From Candidatus Latescibacterota bacterium (GTDB lineage Bacteria > Latescibacterota > UBA2968), in assembly GCA_965116885.1 (NCBI GenBank), contig OZ220741.1, positions 3,072,001 through 3,136,000 on the forward strand: a stretch of DNA of 64,000 nt. The letters are read 5' to 3'. Made by a program: the position numbers and the translations under genes. Positions within the stretch are counted from its first letter, which is position 1; each line of letters starts with the position of its first letter. The notes beneath the pieces are model-generated. The model saw only the letters and a program-made list of their open reading frames with translations, had not been told where the DNA came from and searched no databases. This document shows positions 41,296 through 50,746 of this stretch, piece by piece.

Positions 41296-42495
41296 TTAAA
41301 ATGAAACATTGCTCATCACATACGCCCAGTGCATGTTCTCGTTCAATCGGCCCAATGCCTTGATGGCATCTCGCGCCAGGGCAATTGTATAACCGGTGAC
41401 AAAGGTTACATTCTCGCTGTATTGATACGATAGTGTTAAGTCGAGTTCGTCTGCCAGATGACCCGATTCCAAATTGCCTTTTTGGGCGAGGAAGAACACA
41501 TGTCCGTCTGCTGCCAAACGCACCTGCTCTGCCTCATCCAGCGGTACGGATACTTTTATCGCAAAGTCCTGAAGGCCCAGATTTTGAGTGTGGACGGGTA
41601 TGTTGAGAAATAGATCGGCAAAACCGTAGTATTTGTGATTGGTTGCAAAGAGCGTGTCAAATGATTTCCATTTGCTGTCTTTCTCATTGCCATCGCCAGA
41701 TAAATAATCGTACCACAGGGTCAGGCTGCCATTGCCCAGTGTTGTGCCCAGCCTGCCGCCAAACATAAATGCCGAGCCATTCGGCCCACGCCGTTCGCCC
41801 GTTTGGAACGAGCCTTCTGCGCGGTAGGTCCAGTTAGATTTTTCGCCGTAAATGCGTGCGCCGAGTGTCCATAGCCGCGTATTGTCACTTCTATTGAAGC
41901 CTTTGGGAGATACATGGTGGTAGATGCTGTAAAAATCTGCTGATGTGTTCGTTCCGGCCGCAGTAGCATACACAGCAGCCAGATAGGCATTGCCGCTTAT
42001 ACCTTCGGCTGTGGTATCGGAGAGGCGAACACCAACGCCTTTAACTGTACCCCATTGGGGTCTGGCGGTCGCGATAACACCGTCGAATGCACGCCCTTGT
42101 TGTGCCCATTCAACTGCGCCGATTATTCGCTGCCCGCCCAGTCCTATTGCCTGTCGTCCAATGCGGAGAGATAGGGCTGTGTCGCCCATGTCTTTGATAT
42201 CCATATATGCCTGATGAAAGTCGAAATTATCGGCATTATAATCGGTGAAGGTATTGGTTTCTTCACCCCACAATCGCACATCTTGCAACTGGATAAACAC
42301 ATTCACATCTTGATCTAAATTCGCTGTGATATTCAGCCGGGCACGCATGGATGTGAATACGTCGTGCCCATTGCCAACGGGATCTCGAAATTCCGTGCGA
42401 GGTCGAATTTGTCCTCCAAACTCGATATCTGTAGCTTCAACACCACTTGCTATAACGACAATTATCGCTATACCAACCAACCATCTCGATAGCAT
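41296..42495 (-). CDS. Alginate export (AlgE) family outer-membrane porin
   Basis: Signal peptide, R.R.E, GRQ....G.QR.IG...W, FD.LFATNHK.YG..D, terminal Phe. Confidence 0.8.
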   Translation of the reverse strand: MLSRWLVGIAIIVVIASGVEATDIEFGGQIRPRTEFRDPVGNGHDVFTSMRARLNITANLDQDVNVFIQLQDVRLWGEETNTFTDYNADNFDFHQAYMDIKDMGDTALSLRIGRQAIGLGGQRIIGAVEWAQQGRAFDGVIATARPQWGTVKGVGVRLSDTTAEGISGNAYLAAVYATAAGTNTSADFYSIYHHVSPKGFNRSDNTRLWTLGARIYGEKSNWTYRAEGSFQTGERRGPNGSAFMFGGRLGTTLGNGSLTLWYDYLSGDGNEKDSKWKSFDTLFATNHKYYGFADLFLNIPVHTQNLGLQDFAIKVSVPLDEAEQVRLAADGHVFFLAQKGNLESGHLADELDLTLSYQYSENVTFVTGYTIALARDAIKALGRLNENMHWAYVMSNVSF

Positions 42496-42538
42496 ACCAG
42501 CCTCCTGGATACAAATCTTTCAATCGGAGATCACATCA

Positions 42539-42567
42539 AGTATAATATACTAAAAAAATTTAGACAA
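42539..42567 (-). promoter_or_regulatory. Sigma70-type promoter of the porin gene
   Basis: Minus strand TTGTCT-N17-TATACT. Confidence 0.55.
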
Positions 42568-42609
42568 TGAATGAGTATCGACATAGATACAAGGTAATAA
42601 CACCTTATT

Positions 42610-42638
42610 GTAGGGGCGGTGCCCCTGTGCCCGCCCGT
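42610..42638 (+). repeat. Solitary GTAG-family REP-like palindrome
   Basis: GTAG-GGGCGG-N11-CCGCCC. Confidence 0.65.
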
Positions 42639-42677
42639 CATCATAGAGATGGTGTCTCTAAGCCAAAAATTTGTTTA

Positions 42678-44852
42678 TCACAACAAATTTCCCTGAACGG
42701 GTTCTTCGACAATTCCAGTTCGAATACGCTGAGATAGGGTCGTGTGTCGCTCTGCAACCCGATTGTTGCGAACTGCCATTCCCAGAGCCTGTTTTGTGCC
42801 TACCAGCACGACCAGTTCTCGCGCCCGCGTAATGGCTGTGTACAGCAAATTGCGCTGTAACATCATATAGTGCTGCGTAGTCAAAGGCATGACTACGGCG
42901 CGAAATTCTGCACCCTGGCTCTTGTGGACACTCATGGCATAGGCCAGCACCAACTCGTCTAATTCCGAAAACTCGTATTCTAAGACGCGGTCCTGAAATC
43001 GCACGCGCAATATATCATCCTCTATTCCCTGAACACGCCCAATATCCCCATTAAAAACATCGCGATCATAGTTATTTCGCACCTGCATTACTTTGTCGCC
43101 CACCCGAAATCGGATACCGCCTCGCATCATCTCCTGTCCTTTGTGATTCAACTTATCTTGCAAGACCCGGTTGAGATTGTTTGCGCCGGTCTCTCCGCGA
43201 TACATCGGCACGAGTACTTGAATATCTTCAATACTGTCCAGACGATATGTGCGCGGCAAACGTGCAGCACACAATCCACAAACCATCTCGACGACGTGGT
43301 CGGGTTCCGAGGCTTCAAGAAAAAAGAAATCCGCCTCGCGATCATTTTGTACGTATGGCATTTCGCCGCGATTGATCGCGTGGGCATTGGTAATGATGCG
43401 GCTCGTTTGTGCCTGCCGGAATATCTCGTTGAGTTCCACGACTTCGACAATGCCAGACGTTATCACATCTTTCAACACATTCCCCGCGCCAACCGATGGC
43501 AACTGATCGACGTCGCCTACCAGGACTACCGAAGCGCTGATTGGTACAGCGCGTAATAGACTGTTCATCAGAAACGTATCGACCATGGATATTTCATCGA
43601 CAATCAGGGCTTCGATCTCCAGGGGGTTCTCACGGTTTTTCTTAAACGCCATTTCAGACGGGCTAAACTCCAGCAATCTGTGGATGGTTTTGGCCTCATG
43701 CCCGGTCGCCTCAGACATCCGCTTGGCCGCGCGTCCCGTTGGTGCCGCCAGGGCGATTTTTTTGTTTCGCGCCTCTAAAAGTGCGATCAGCCCTTTAATG
43801 GTTGTTGTTTTACCCGTTCCCGGGCCACCGGTCAATACCAGCAAATTGTGCGATAATGCTTTTTCCAATGCCAATTTTTGACGGGGCGCAAATGTTACTC
43901 CATCGCGCTGTTCTATGGCTCTGATCTCCGCAGGGATATTACCCAGTTCAATGCGTTGCACTTGAGATAATTGATAGCACCGCGTTGCCGCGCCCTGTTC
44001 GGCGCGGTACAAATCTCGCAAATACACCCGCTCGTCATCGACGATTATCGATTCTTCGGAGAACAATTGCGCCACGCACGGTGCGATTGCATCAACGGGT
44101 ACATCGAGTGCTTCGGCACACGATTCAATGAGCGCGTCTTCGGGTAAGAAAACATGCCCTTCTTTGTCTGCGGCTTCATTGAGTACATGCAAAAGACCGG
44201 CCTGGATGCGCCGGTTTGAATGTGCGGGTATGCCCATTTTTTGTGCGATGCGGTCTGCTGTCAAAAATCCAATGCCCCATACATCTACCGATAGGCGATA
44301 GGGGTTTTCTCGAATCAATTCAACGGCTTTCTGCCCGTACTTCTTCCATATTTTTACGGCGTATCCGGTGCCCACTTCGTGCGATTGCAAGAATAGCATG
44401 ACATTGTGGATCTCGCGTTGGTCTTCCCAGGCTTTGATAATCCACTCTGCGCGTTTTGCTCCCAATCCCTCGACTTCGACCAGTCGTTTGGGCTCTCTTT
44501 CAATGACATCGAGTGCTTCTTTGCCAAAGTGATCCACAATCCGCTTTGCCGTGACGGGTCCGATGCCTTTGATCAATCCCGAACCCAAATATCGCCGCAT
44601 TCCCTCTACTGTAGATGGATGCACGGTCTGGTAGGATTCAATTTTGAACTGTGCCCCATATTGCTTATGGGTTGTCCATTCGCCTTCCAAAATCACGGTC
44701 TCGCCCGGGTTGATCGACAGCATTTCGCCCACAATGGTCGCCAGACGGTTGTTGTAGGCTATAGATCCCTCTACCTGCAAACGGGCAACCGTGTATCCAT
44801 TCTCTTCGTTTTGAAATGTAATGCGATCCACAATTCCGCGAAGCTGAGCCAT
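42678..44852 (-). CDS. recD2: RecD2 ATP-dependent helicase
   Basis: HhH GIG..TA, TGGPGTGKTT, APTGRAAKR, DE.SM and AYAMSVHKSQG.E. Confidence 0.96.
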   Translation of the reverse strand: MAQLRGIVDRITFQNEENGYTVARLQVEGSIAYNNRLATIVGEMLSINPGETVILEGEWTTHKQYGAQFKIESYQTVHPSTVEGMRRYLGSGLIKGIGPVTAKRIVDHFGKEALDVIEREPKRLVEVEGLGAKRAEWIIKAWEDQREIHNVMLFLQSHEVGTGYAVKIWKKYGQKAVELIRENPYRLSVDVWGIGFLTADRIAQKMGIPAHSNRRIQAGLLHVLNEAADKEGHVFLPEDALIESCAEALDVPVDAIAPCVAQLFSEESIIVDDERVYLRDLYRAEQGAATRCYQLSQVQRIELGNIPAEIRAIEQRDGVTFAPRQKLALEKALSHNLLVLTGGPGTGKTTTIKGLIALLEARNKKIALAAPTGRAAKRMSEATGHEAKTIHRLLEFSPSEMAFKKNRENPLEIEALIVDEISMVDTFLMNSLLRAVPISASVVLVGDVDQLPSVGAGNVLKDVITSGIVEVVELNEIFRQAQTSRIITNAHAINRGEMPYVQNDREADFFFLEASEPDHVVEMVCGLCAARLPRTYRLDSIEDIQVLVPMYRGETGANNLNRVLQDKLNHKGQEMMRGGIRFRVGDKVMQVRNNYDRDVFNGDIGRVQGIEDDILRVRFQDRVLEYEFSELDELVLAYAMSVHKSQGAEFRAVVMPLTTQHYMMLQRNLLYTAITRARELVVLVGTKQALGMAVRNNRVAERHTTLSQRIRTGIVEEPVQGNLL

Positions 44853-44904
44853 GTAAAACCTCGGCGAACATGTTCTTCCATCACGCAATCGGAGGGGTAG
44901 AGGA

Positions 44905-44933
44905 ATTATACGACACTTGCCGCGGTTTTACAA
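44905..44933 (-). promoter_or_regulatory. Sigma70 promoter of recD2
   Basis: Minus strand TTGTAA-N17-TATAAT. Confidence 0.8.
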
Positions 44934-45021
44934 GTTGTATCAAATTTGCAGTACACAAAATGTATAAAATCCGTATATTGTTGAAACACAACATTTAACG
45001 GCTACGTCACAACGGAAAAGA

Positions 45022-45155
45022 GGTTGGCCCAAAAGCATTGACACACCGCATGTACCTGTCGGTGTGATCTGGGGTCCTCGCGCCGTCCCGCCAAGAACTC
45101 GCGCGAGGGCCTTTCTTTTTGGTACACGAGATGGTTGCCCTCGGGCCAACCGCAT
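45022..45155 (+). ncRNA. Candidate structured RNA with an internal terminator hairpin
   Basis: Helices 45022-45030/45143-45151, 45042-45048/45060-45066 and 45071-45083/45101-45112, then TTCTTTTT. Confidence 0.45.
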
Positions 45156-45173
45156 CACAACTTAAATTTTCCC

Positions 45174-45315
45174 AAAAAACAAAAAGCACCTACCCGTCCC
45201 TCCACCAAATCGCCAAATTCGACGTAAGGAACAAGCAGGTGCCTCGTGGACTGGTATGGCAACGCTGCTGAAACGCTGTGCGTTTCAAAAATATTGTTTT
45301 TTCACAGGCCAGTCG
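45174..45315 (-). ncRNA. Candidate stand-alone small RNA (about 140 nt)
   Basis: Own promoter (45322-45350), closing helix GACTGG/CCAGTC, 16-bp terminator stem followed by a U tract. Confidence 0.6.
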
Positions 45316-45321
45316 GCGAAA

Positions 45322-45350
45322 AATATACCCAATCTTATATTTGGGGTCAA
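45322..45350 (-). promoter_or_regulatory. Sigma70-type promoter of the candidate sRNA
   Basis: Minus strand TTGACC-N17-TATATT. Confidence 0.7.
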
Positions 45351-45460
45351 GGGAGAAAATGTGAAGTGTGAAGGAAGAAGTGTGAAGGGCGAAAATTCCG
45401 CCGTTGGAGCGGCATCCCTGCCGCGAATTTGAGAAAATAAGTAAAAATATGAGGAAAAAA

Positions 45461-46081
45461 ATGAAGCGTTTTCTTGTCGTTGTTTTACTCGGATTGATAT
45501 GGACAGCTCATGCTGAAGAAGACCGCAAGACGGTTTTGTTTTTGGGGGATAGCCTGACTGCAGGTTATGGTCTGGATAAAACACAGGCTTTTCCCGCGTT
45601 GATTCAGGCAAAGATCGATTCGCTCGGGTGGGCGTTTGATGTGGTCAATGGCGGACTGAGTGGCGAGACATCGGCGGGCGGTTTGCGGCGGGTCAACTGG
45701 TTGCTGCGGCGAAAAATCGATGTGCTGGTGCTGGCATTGGGGGGCAACGATGGCTTGCGGGGGATTCCCACGGCTGAAATGCAGCAAAATTTGCAGGGGA
45801 TTATAGATCGCGCAAAAGAGAAGTATCCAGATATTCAGATCATACTTATGGGTATTGAAGCACCGCCAAATTTGGGAGATATATATACGACGGCTTTCCG
45901 TGCGGTGTTCCCTGCTCTATCTGAAAAGAATCGCGTGCTTTTGATACCCTTTTTGTTAGAAGGGGTTGGTGGAATTCCGGAACTGAATCTGCCAGACCGC
46001 ATTCATCCCAATGCTGCGGGACATCGGATTATCGCAGAAACCGTGTGGCGCGTGCTTAAACCGATTCTGGAAAAGAAGTGA
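45461..46081 (+). CDS. TesA-like SGNH arylesterase/thioesterase
   Basis: Signal peptide; GDSLTAGYG, SGET, GGND and DRIHP. Confidence 0.95.
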   Translation: MKRFLVVVLLGLIWTAHAEEDRKTVLFLGDSLTAGYGLDKTQAFPALIQAKIDSLGWAFDVVNGGLSGETSAGGLRRVNWLLRRKIDVLVLALGGNDGLRGIPTAEMQQNLQGIIDRAKEKYPDIQIILMGIEAPPNLGDIYTTAFRAVFPALSEKNRVLLIPFLLEGVGGIPELNLPDRIHPNAAGHRIIAETVWRVLKPILEKK

Positions 46082-46086
46082 GAAAC

Positions 46087-48648
46087 TCACACTTCGCTTC
46101 GCAAAATTTCGAGTGGAGGGCGGTCGGCTATGCCGCGGCTGTTGAGCATGCCGACAAAGATGGTGAGCGCGGTGACGAGAGCAAAGACGCTGGCTATGGC
46201 CGCAGTGGGCAGGGCAAAGTGGATGTCGAAAATAAAGATGGTGACAGCCCAGGCACCGCCAATAGAGAGTATGAGTCCAGTCAGGGTAGCGAGTGCGCCC
46301 AGGAAGGTGTATTCCAGCAAGAGTATGCGGCGAATCTGTTTTTGAGAAGCCCCCAAAGTGCGCAGCAAAACGGCTTCACGAATGCGTTGATAGCGGCTGG
46401 TAGTGACTGCGGCAGTTAGCACAATGAGTCCGGTAATTACACTAAAGAGTGCCATGAAGCGCACGACAAAGGCGATTTGCGAGAGTACATCGTCAACGGT
46501 TTTGAGAATGAGACCGAGGTCAACAGCCGAGACATTGGGGTATTGTTGAACCAGCGTGCGTTGCAACATAGCGGATTGTTCCGTTGTGTTGATGCGCGTG
46601 GTCAAGACGTGAAACTGGGGAGCGGTTTCGAGTACGCCTTTGGGAAAGACGATAAAAAAGTTTGGCTGGATGCGCTGCCAATCAACTTCTCGCAGGCTTT
46701 GTACTGTGGTCTGAACGGGCACACCTTGAATGTCGAAGGTCAGGGTATCGCTGAGCGAGACGCGAAGCGAGCGGGCAATGTCGCGTTCAAAAGAAATGGG
46801 GATGGGTTCTTCTGTTCGTTCTACATCGATCCAGGTGCCGCCTACGAGGCGTTCTGAATCAAAGAGGTGATTGCGATAGGTCGAGCGGTATTCGCGTTGG
46901 ATTGCCCAGCGACGCACGTCGTGTATTCTGCCGTAGGAACGCGCCTCTTGACCTTTGATGCTCTTCAGGCGCATGGTAACGACGGGCGCATGGTGGATGA
47001 CGGGCAGATTCTGTTTGCGAAGCAACGCGCTCACGCCTTCAATCTGATCGGTTTGCACATCGACGAGTACAAAGTTGGGGCGGTTGTCGCTCCCCGCGAT
47101 GGCAATCTGAGCGAGCAGGGCGTGTTGTACAATATAGAGCGTGGTGATGAGAAAGGTGCCGAGGCCCAGTGCGAGCATGAGAATTACGGTCTGATTGTGC
47201 GGACGGTAGAGATTGGCCAGGCCCTGTCGCCACACGTATTGCCAGGTTGTGGGAAAGAAGCGGCGAACGGTTTTGATGATGAGCCACGATGCGCCTATGA
47301 GTAGTCCAAAGGCAATGCCAAACCCGATGGCAATGCCAATTCCAATGAGGATACTGCGGGTTTGCAAAATGCCCAATCCCGCGACTATGAGGCAAATTCC
47401 ACCGATGGTCATCAGTTGCAGGGGATCTATTTTGGATCGCACATTTTCAAAAGATGCCCGCAAGGTGTGCAGGGGCGATGTGCGGCGAATGGGCAACAGG
47501 GGGAGCAATGCGAAGAGTAGCGATAGACTCAGGCCAATGCCGGTGCCTTGAATGATCGCCCAATAGGAAAACTGAATATCGAGTTCAACGGGGAGGATTT
47601 GTGCGAGAACACCGGGTAAGAGATACTGAATACCCACACCGAGAAGAGAACCGCATCCCGTGCCAATAAGACCCAGTGCAATGGCCTGGATGGCGTAAAT
47701 ACAGAGGATCTGATTCGATTGCGCGCCCATGCAGCGCAGGATGGCGACGGTTGTTATTTTTTGGCGCGTATAGACGTGAATGGCACTGGCAACGCCGATG
47801 CATCCGAGCAAGAGGGCGGCAAAGGCGACAAGACTGAGGAAGATGTAGAGATTATCCAATATGCGATTGAGGCGTCTTTGACGGCTGGCAACGGTTTCGG
47901 TACGTAGATTTTGATCCCCGCGATAGGGGCGAAGTTCGCGCTGGATGGATTCGATTCTCGTGCTGCTATCAAACTTAAAATAGGCCATATAAGACGCCAG
48001 GCTGCCAAATTTGATGAGGCCCGTTTTATCGAGATGCGATAAGGGGATGTACACACGCGGTGCCACTGTGGCAAAGGCCATGGCCTCGCCCGATATGTTT
48101 GTGATTCGTCCGCCTATGACAAAGGTGTGGTTGCCAATTCGCACGGAATCGCCGACCTGAACCCCAAATTGGACGAGCAAGCCGTCGTCGAGTAGCGCGT
48201 GATGGGTTTGCTGAAAGGTCTTCGCCGCTTCTGATGGATTGGTTTCAAATGTGCCGTAATAGGGAAAGTCGCCTTGTAATGCGCGCACCTGTACCAGGCG
48301 AGTTCCGCCGTTTTTGGGAAAGAAGACCATCGAGGCAAAGCGCACTTCTCGGGATTGCTCCCCACCCCATGAGTTGAATAGGGAGTCAACCGCAGGCGCA
48401 AAAGCGCGCTGGCTGCTGACGCGCAAATCAGCGCCTAAAAGTGTGCGCGCTTCGTTTTCGACAACGCGTTGCAGGTTATCGCCCAGGGCGCGAATAGCTA
48501 CGAGGCCACCCACACCGAGCAATATGCAGGAAATAAAGAGCAACAGTCGACGGCGATACGTGCGGCTATCGCGCCAGGCCATGCGCCAGGTCCATGCGTT
48601 GAAGAGTGGGCTGGAGGTCTGATTTTTAATGCTGGTGATTCGATCCAT
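46087..48648 (-). CDS. YbbP-like duplicated FtsX/MacB ABC permease
   Basis: MAWRD.R, LLGADL, R.VDW....PNFF and LRTLGA. Confidence 0.92.
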   Translation of the reverse strand: MDRITSIKNQTSSPLFNAWTWRMAWRDSRTYRRRLLLFISCILLGVGGLVAIRALGDNLQRVVENEARTLLGADLRVSSQRAFAPAVDSLFNSWGGEQSREVRFASMVFFPKNGGTRLVQVRALQGDFPYYGTFETNPSEAAKTFQQTHHALLDDGLLVQFGVQVGDSVRIGNHTFVIGGRITNISGEAMAFATVAPRVYIPLSHLDKTGLIKFGSLASYMAYFKFDSSTRIESIQRELRPYRGDQNLRTETVASRQRRLNRILDNLYIFLSLVAFAALLLGCIGVASAIHVYTRQKITTVAILRCMGAQSNQILCIYAIQAIALGLIGTGCGSLLGVGIQYLLPGVLAQILPVELDIQFSYWAIIQGTGIGLSLSLLFALLPLLPIRRTSPLHTLRASFENVRSKIDPLQLMTIGGICLIVAGLGILQTRSILIGIGIAIGFGIAFGLLIGASWLIIKTVRRFFPTTWQYVWRQGLANLYRPHNQTVILMLALGLGTFLITTLYIVQHALLAQIAIAGSDNRPNFVLVDVQTDQIEGVSALLRKQNLPVIHHAPVVTMRLKSIKGQEARSYGRIHDVRRWAIQREYRSTYRNHLFDSERLVGGTWIDVERTEEPIPISFERDIARSLRVSLSDTLTFDIQGVPVQTTVQSLREVDWQRIQPNFFIVFPKGVLETAPQFHVLTTRINTTEQSAMLQRTLVQQYPNVSAVDLGLILKTVDDVLSQIAFVVRFMALFSVITGLIVLTAAVTTSRYQRIREAVLLRTLGASQKQIRRILLLEYTFLGALATLTGLILSIGGAWAVTIFIFDIHFALPTAAIASVFALVTALTIFVGMLNSRGIADRPPLEILRSEV

Positions 48649-48654
48649 GAGGCA

Positions 48655-48769
48655 AATTAAGAATTAAGAATGGGGCTGTTTGGGTGGACTGACCACTGAT
48701 TCTGGGTGGCGGGGTATCCTGTTCATCCTTTAATCCTGCACATCCTGATCAATCCTGCACATCCTGATC
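48655..48769. repeat. Composite short tandem repeats including a perfect 19-bp x2 repeat
   Basis: AATTAAG x2; ATCCT units spaced about 9 bp; AATCCTGCACATCCTGATC at 48732 and 48751. Confidence 0.85.
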
Positions 48770-49438
48770 CACTTTGCCACCTTGCAGATGGATGATGCGC
48801 TGCGTGCGTGCGGCGAGGTCGTGATCGTGCGTGACGAGGATGAGGGTTGTGCCCGTTTCGCGGTTGAGGTCAAAGAGCAGATTGGCAATGGTATGGCTGG
48901 TGTCGGCATCGAGGTTGCCCGTAGGCTCGTCGGCAAATAAGATGCGTGGTTGGTTGATAAAGGCGCGTGCAATGCCCACGCGCTGCTGTTCGCCACCCGA
49001 TAGCTGGGTGGGATAATGCGTCAAGCGATCGCCCAATCCCACGCGGTCGAGCAATTCTCTCGCTTCGCCAAACACACCGTTTTTACCGCGTAGCTCAAGG
49101 GGAACCGCGACGTTTTCAATGGCGGTGAGGGTGGGGATGAGTTGAAAACTCTGAAAGACAAAGCCCACATATTCGTTTCGCACGGCTGCGCGTTGGTCTT
49201 CGTCGAGGCTGTCGAGGGCCATGCTGTGAAGGGTGACTGTGCCCGATGACGGTCGATCAAGGCCAGCACATAATCCGAGTAGCGTGGTCTTTCCGCTGCC
49301 CGAAGGCCCTACTATCGCACAGGTTTGGCCTTTGGGTATGGTGAATGTGACGTTGTCTAAAACGGTGAGTGGATGTCCTCCGCTCGCGTAGGTGCGGGTG
49401 AGGTTTTGAACTGCGAGGGCTGCGTTTGGATGGCTCAA
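48749..49438 (-). CDS. YbbA/LolD-like ABC ATPase
   Basis: GPSGSGKTT, GFVFQSFQL, LSGGEQQR and ADEPTGNLD. Confidence 0.95.
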   Translation of the reverse strand: MSHPNAALAVQNLTRTYASGGHPLTVLDNVTFTIPKGQTCAIVGPSGSGKTTLLGLCAGLDRPSSGTVTLHSMALDSLDEDQRAAVRNEYVGFVFQSFQLIPTLTAIENVAVPLELRGKNGVFGEARELLDRVGLGDRLTHYPTQLSGGEQQRVGIARAFINQPRILFADEPTGNLDADTSHTIANLLFDLNRETGTTLILVTHDHDLAARTQRIIHLQGGKVDQDVQD

Positions 49439-49537
49439 CTGATTACCCCTTGCGTCTCTGGTTGTAATTCTTACCTTTGTGAGACTTCAAAACATAACAT
49501 AGAGTTCCATTATGTGCAAAAAATGAGTGGAGGAGAC

Positions 49538-50722
49538 ATGCAAGCTGAGATTGTGATGATTGGAACGGAATTGTTGTTGGGCGAAATTGTAGATACCAAT
49601 GCCACGATGTTTGCCAAAGCACTGCGCGATATTGGAATGGATTTGTTGTATAAAACGACTGTGGGGGACAATGAAGATCGGATTGCGAGCGTTTTGAATA
49701 TCGCGCTGGATCGGTCAGATGTGATTCTGACATCGGGGGGTATTGGTCCTACGGTGGATGATATGACGCGGCAATGTGTGGCGCGTGCAACGGGACGACA
49801 GTTGGTTTATAGTAAGATGCTGGAAGATCAGATTGCATCGCGGTTTCGCAATTTTGGCCGTGAGATGGCAGATAATAACAAGCGACAGGCGTATATTCCC
49901 GAAGGCGCAATGCCACTGGAAAATCCCATGGGCACGGCGCCCTGTTTTTTGAGTGAAGATGCTAAAGGGCGCGGCTGTGTGATTTCGCTTCCGGGTGTGC
50001 CGCGGGAATTGGATCATATGTTGCACAAGGTTGTGATTCCGATTTTGATCGACCGCATGGGCGGGAGCAAAATTACAAAGGTACGCGTGTTGCGAACTTG
50101 TGCGGTGGGCGAGAGCAATATTGATCGCACAATTGGGGATCTGATGAGTGAGAGCAATCCAACGGTGGGATTGGCGGCGCATGCTGGGCAGACTGATGTG
50201 CGCGTGGCGGCGAAAGCGGATACAGAGGAAGATGCCGATGCGTTGATCGCGCCGATGGAAGCGGAACTCAGGAAGCGGCTGGGGATCGCGATTTACGGTA
50301 CGGGGAAAGAGACCGTGGCCGAGGTTGTGGGCGGTTTGTTGCGGGAAAAAGGGTTGAAGATTGGGGTGGTGGATACGCTGACAGATGGCCAGGTCGTGCG
50401 GGAGTTCGAGGAGAATGGCGCAGGTGATGTGGTGATCGCGCAAGGGGAGGCTAATATGGATGGAAAGGATGATCCTCGTGCTTTGACCGAGGCGATGGCC
50501 CAGGCAGTTACGCCTGAAGGGGGTGTGGGACTGGCGATGGTTGGTCCTTATGAAAGTGGCGCGACGTTTATGGCTGTTTATGGCTCTGATCCACGAGCGC
50601 GAACATGTATTGAGAGTCGCCGCTTTCAGGATTCAGATCACATCCGCCGATGGTTGGTGATTCAGGGGTTGGATCTGGTTCGCCGTGCAGTGTTGGGCAA
50701 GTTGGCTTCGCCAGCAGATTGA
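49538..50722 (+). CDS. cinA: CinA family protein with a degenerate C-terminal PncC domain
   Basis: IGTELLLG..VDTN, GGIGPT.DD.T and LPGVP.E; GGAGGAG RBS. Confidence 0.9.
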   Translation: MQAEIVMIGTELLLGEIVDTNATMFAKALRDIGMDLLYKTTVGDNEDRIASVLNIALDRSDVILTSGGIGPTVDDMTRQCVARATGRQLVYSKMLEDQIASRFRNFGREMADNNKRQAYIPEGAMPLENPMGTAPCFLSEDAKGRGCVISLPGVPRELDHMLHKVVIPILIDRMGGSKITKVRVLRTCAVGESNIDRTIGDLMSESNPTVGLAAHAGQTDVRVAAKADTEEDADALIAPMEAELRKRLGIAIYGTGKETVAEVVGGLLREKGLKIGVVDTLTDGQVVREFEENGAGDVVIAQGEANMDGKDDPRALTEAMAQAVTPEGGVGLAMVGPYESGATFMAVYGSDPRARTCIESRRFQDSDHIRRWLVIQGLDLVRRAVLGKLASPAD

Positions 50723-50746
50723 GTTTGAACAAATGGGAGGGCTGTA

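Noticed and set aside
45131..45271. 46-aa ORF as a type I toxin opposite the sRNA candidate
   Set aside because: It is not hydrophobic, has no clear RBS, and lies just after a terminator-like hairpin.
45240..45315. SAM-I or ZTP riboswitch suggested by GACTGGC
   Set aside because: The remaining conserved core elements of either family are absent.
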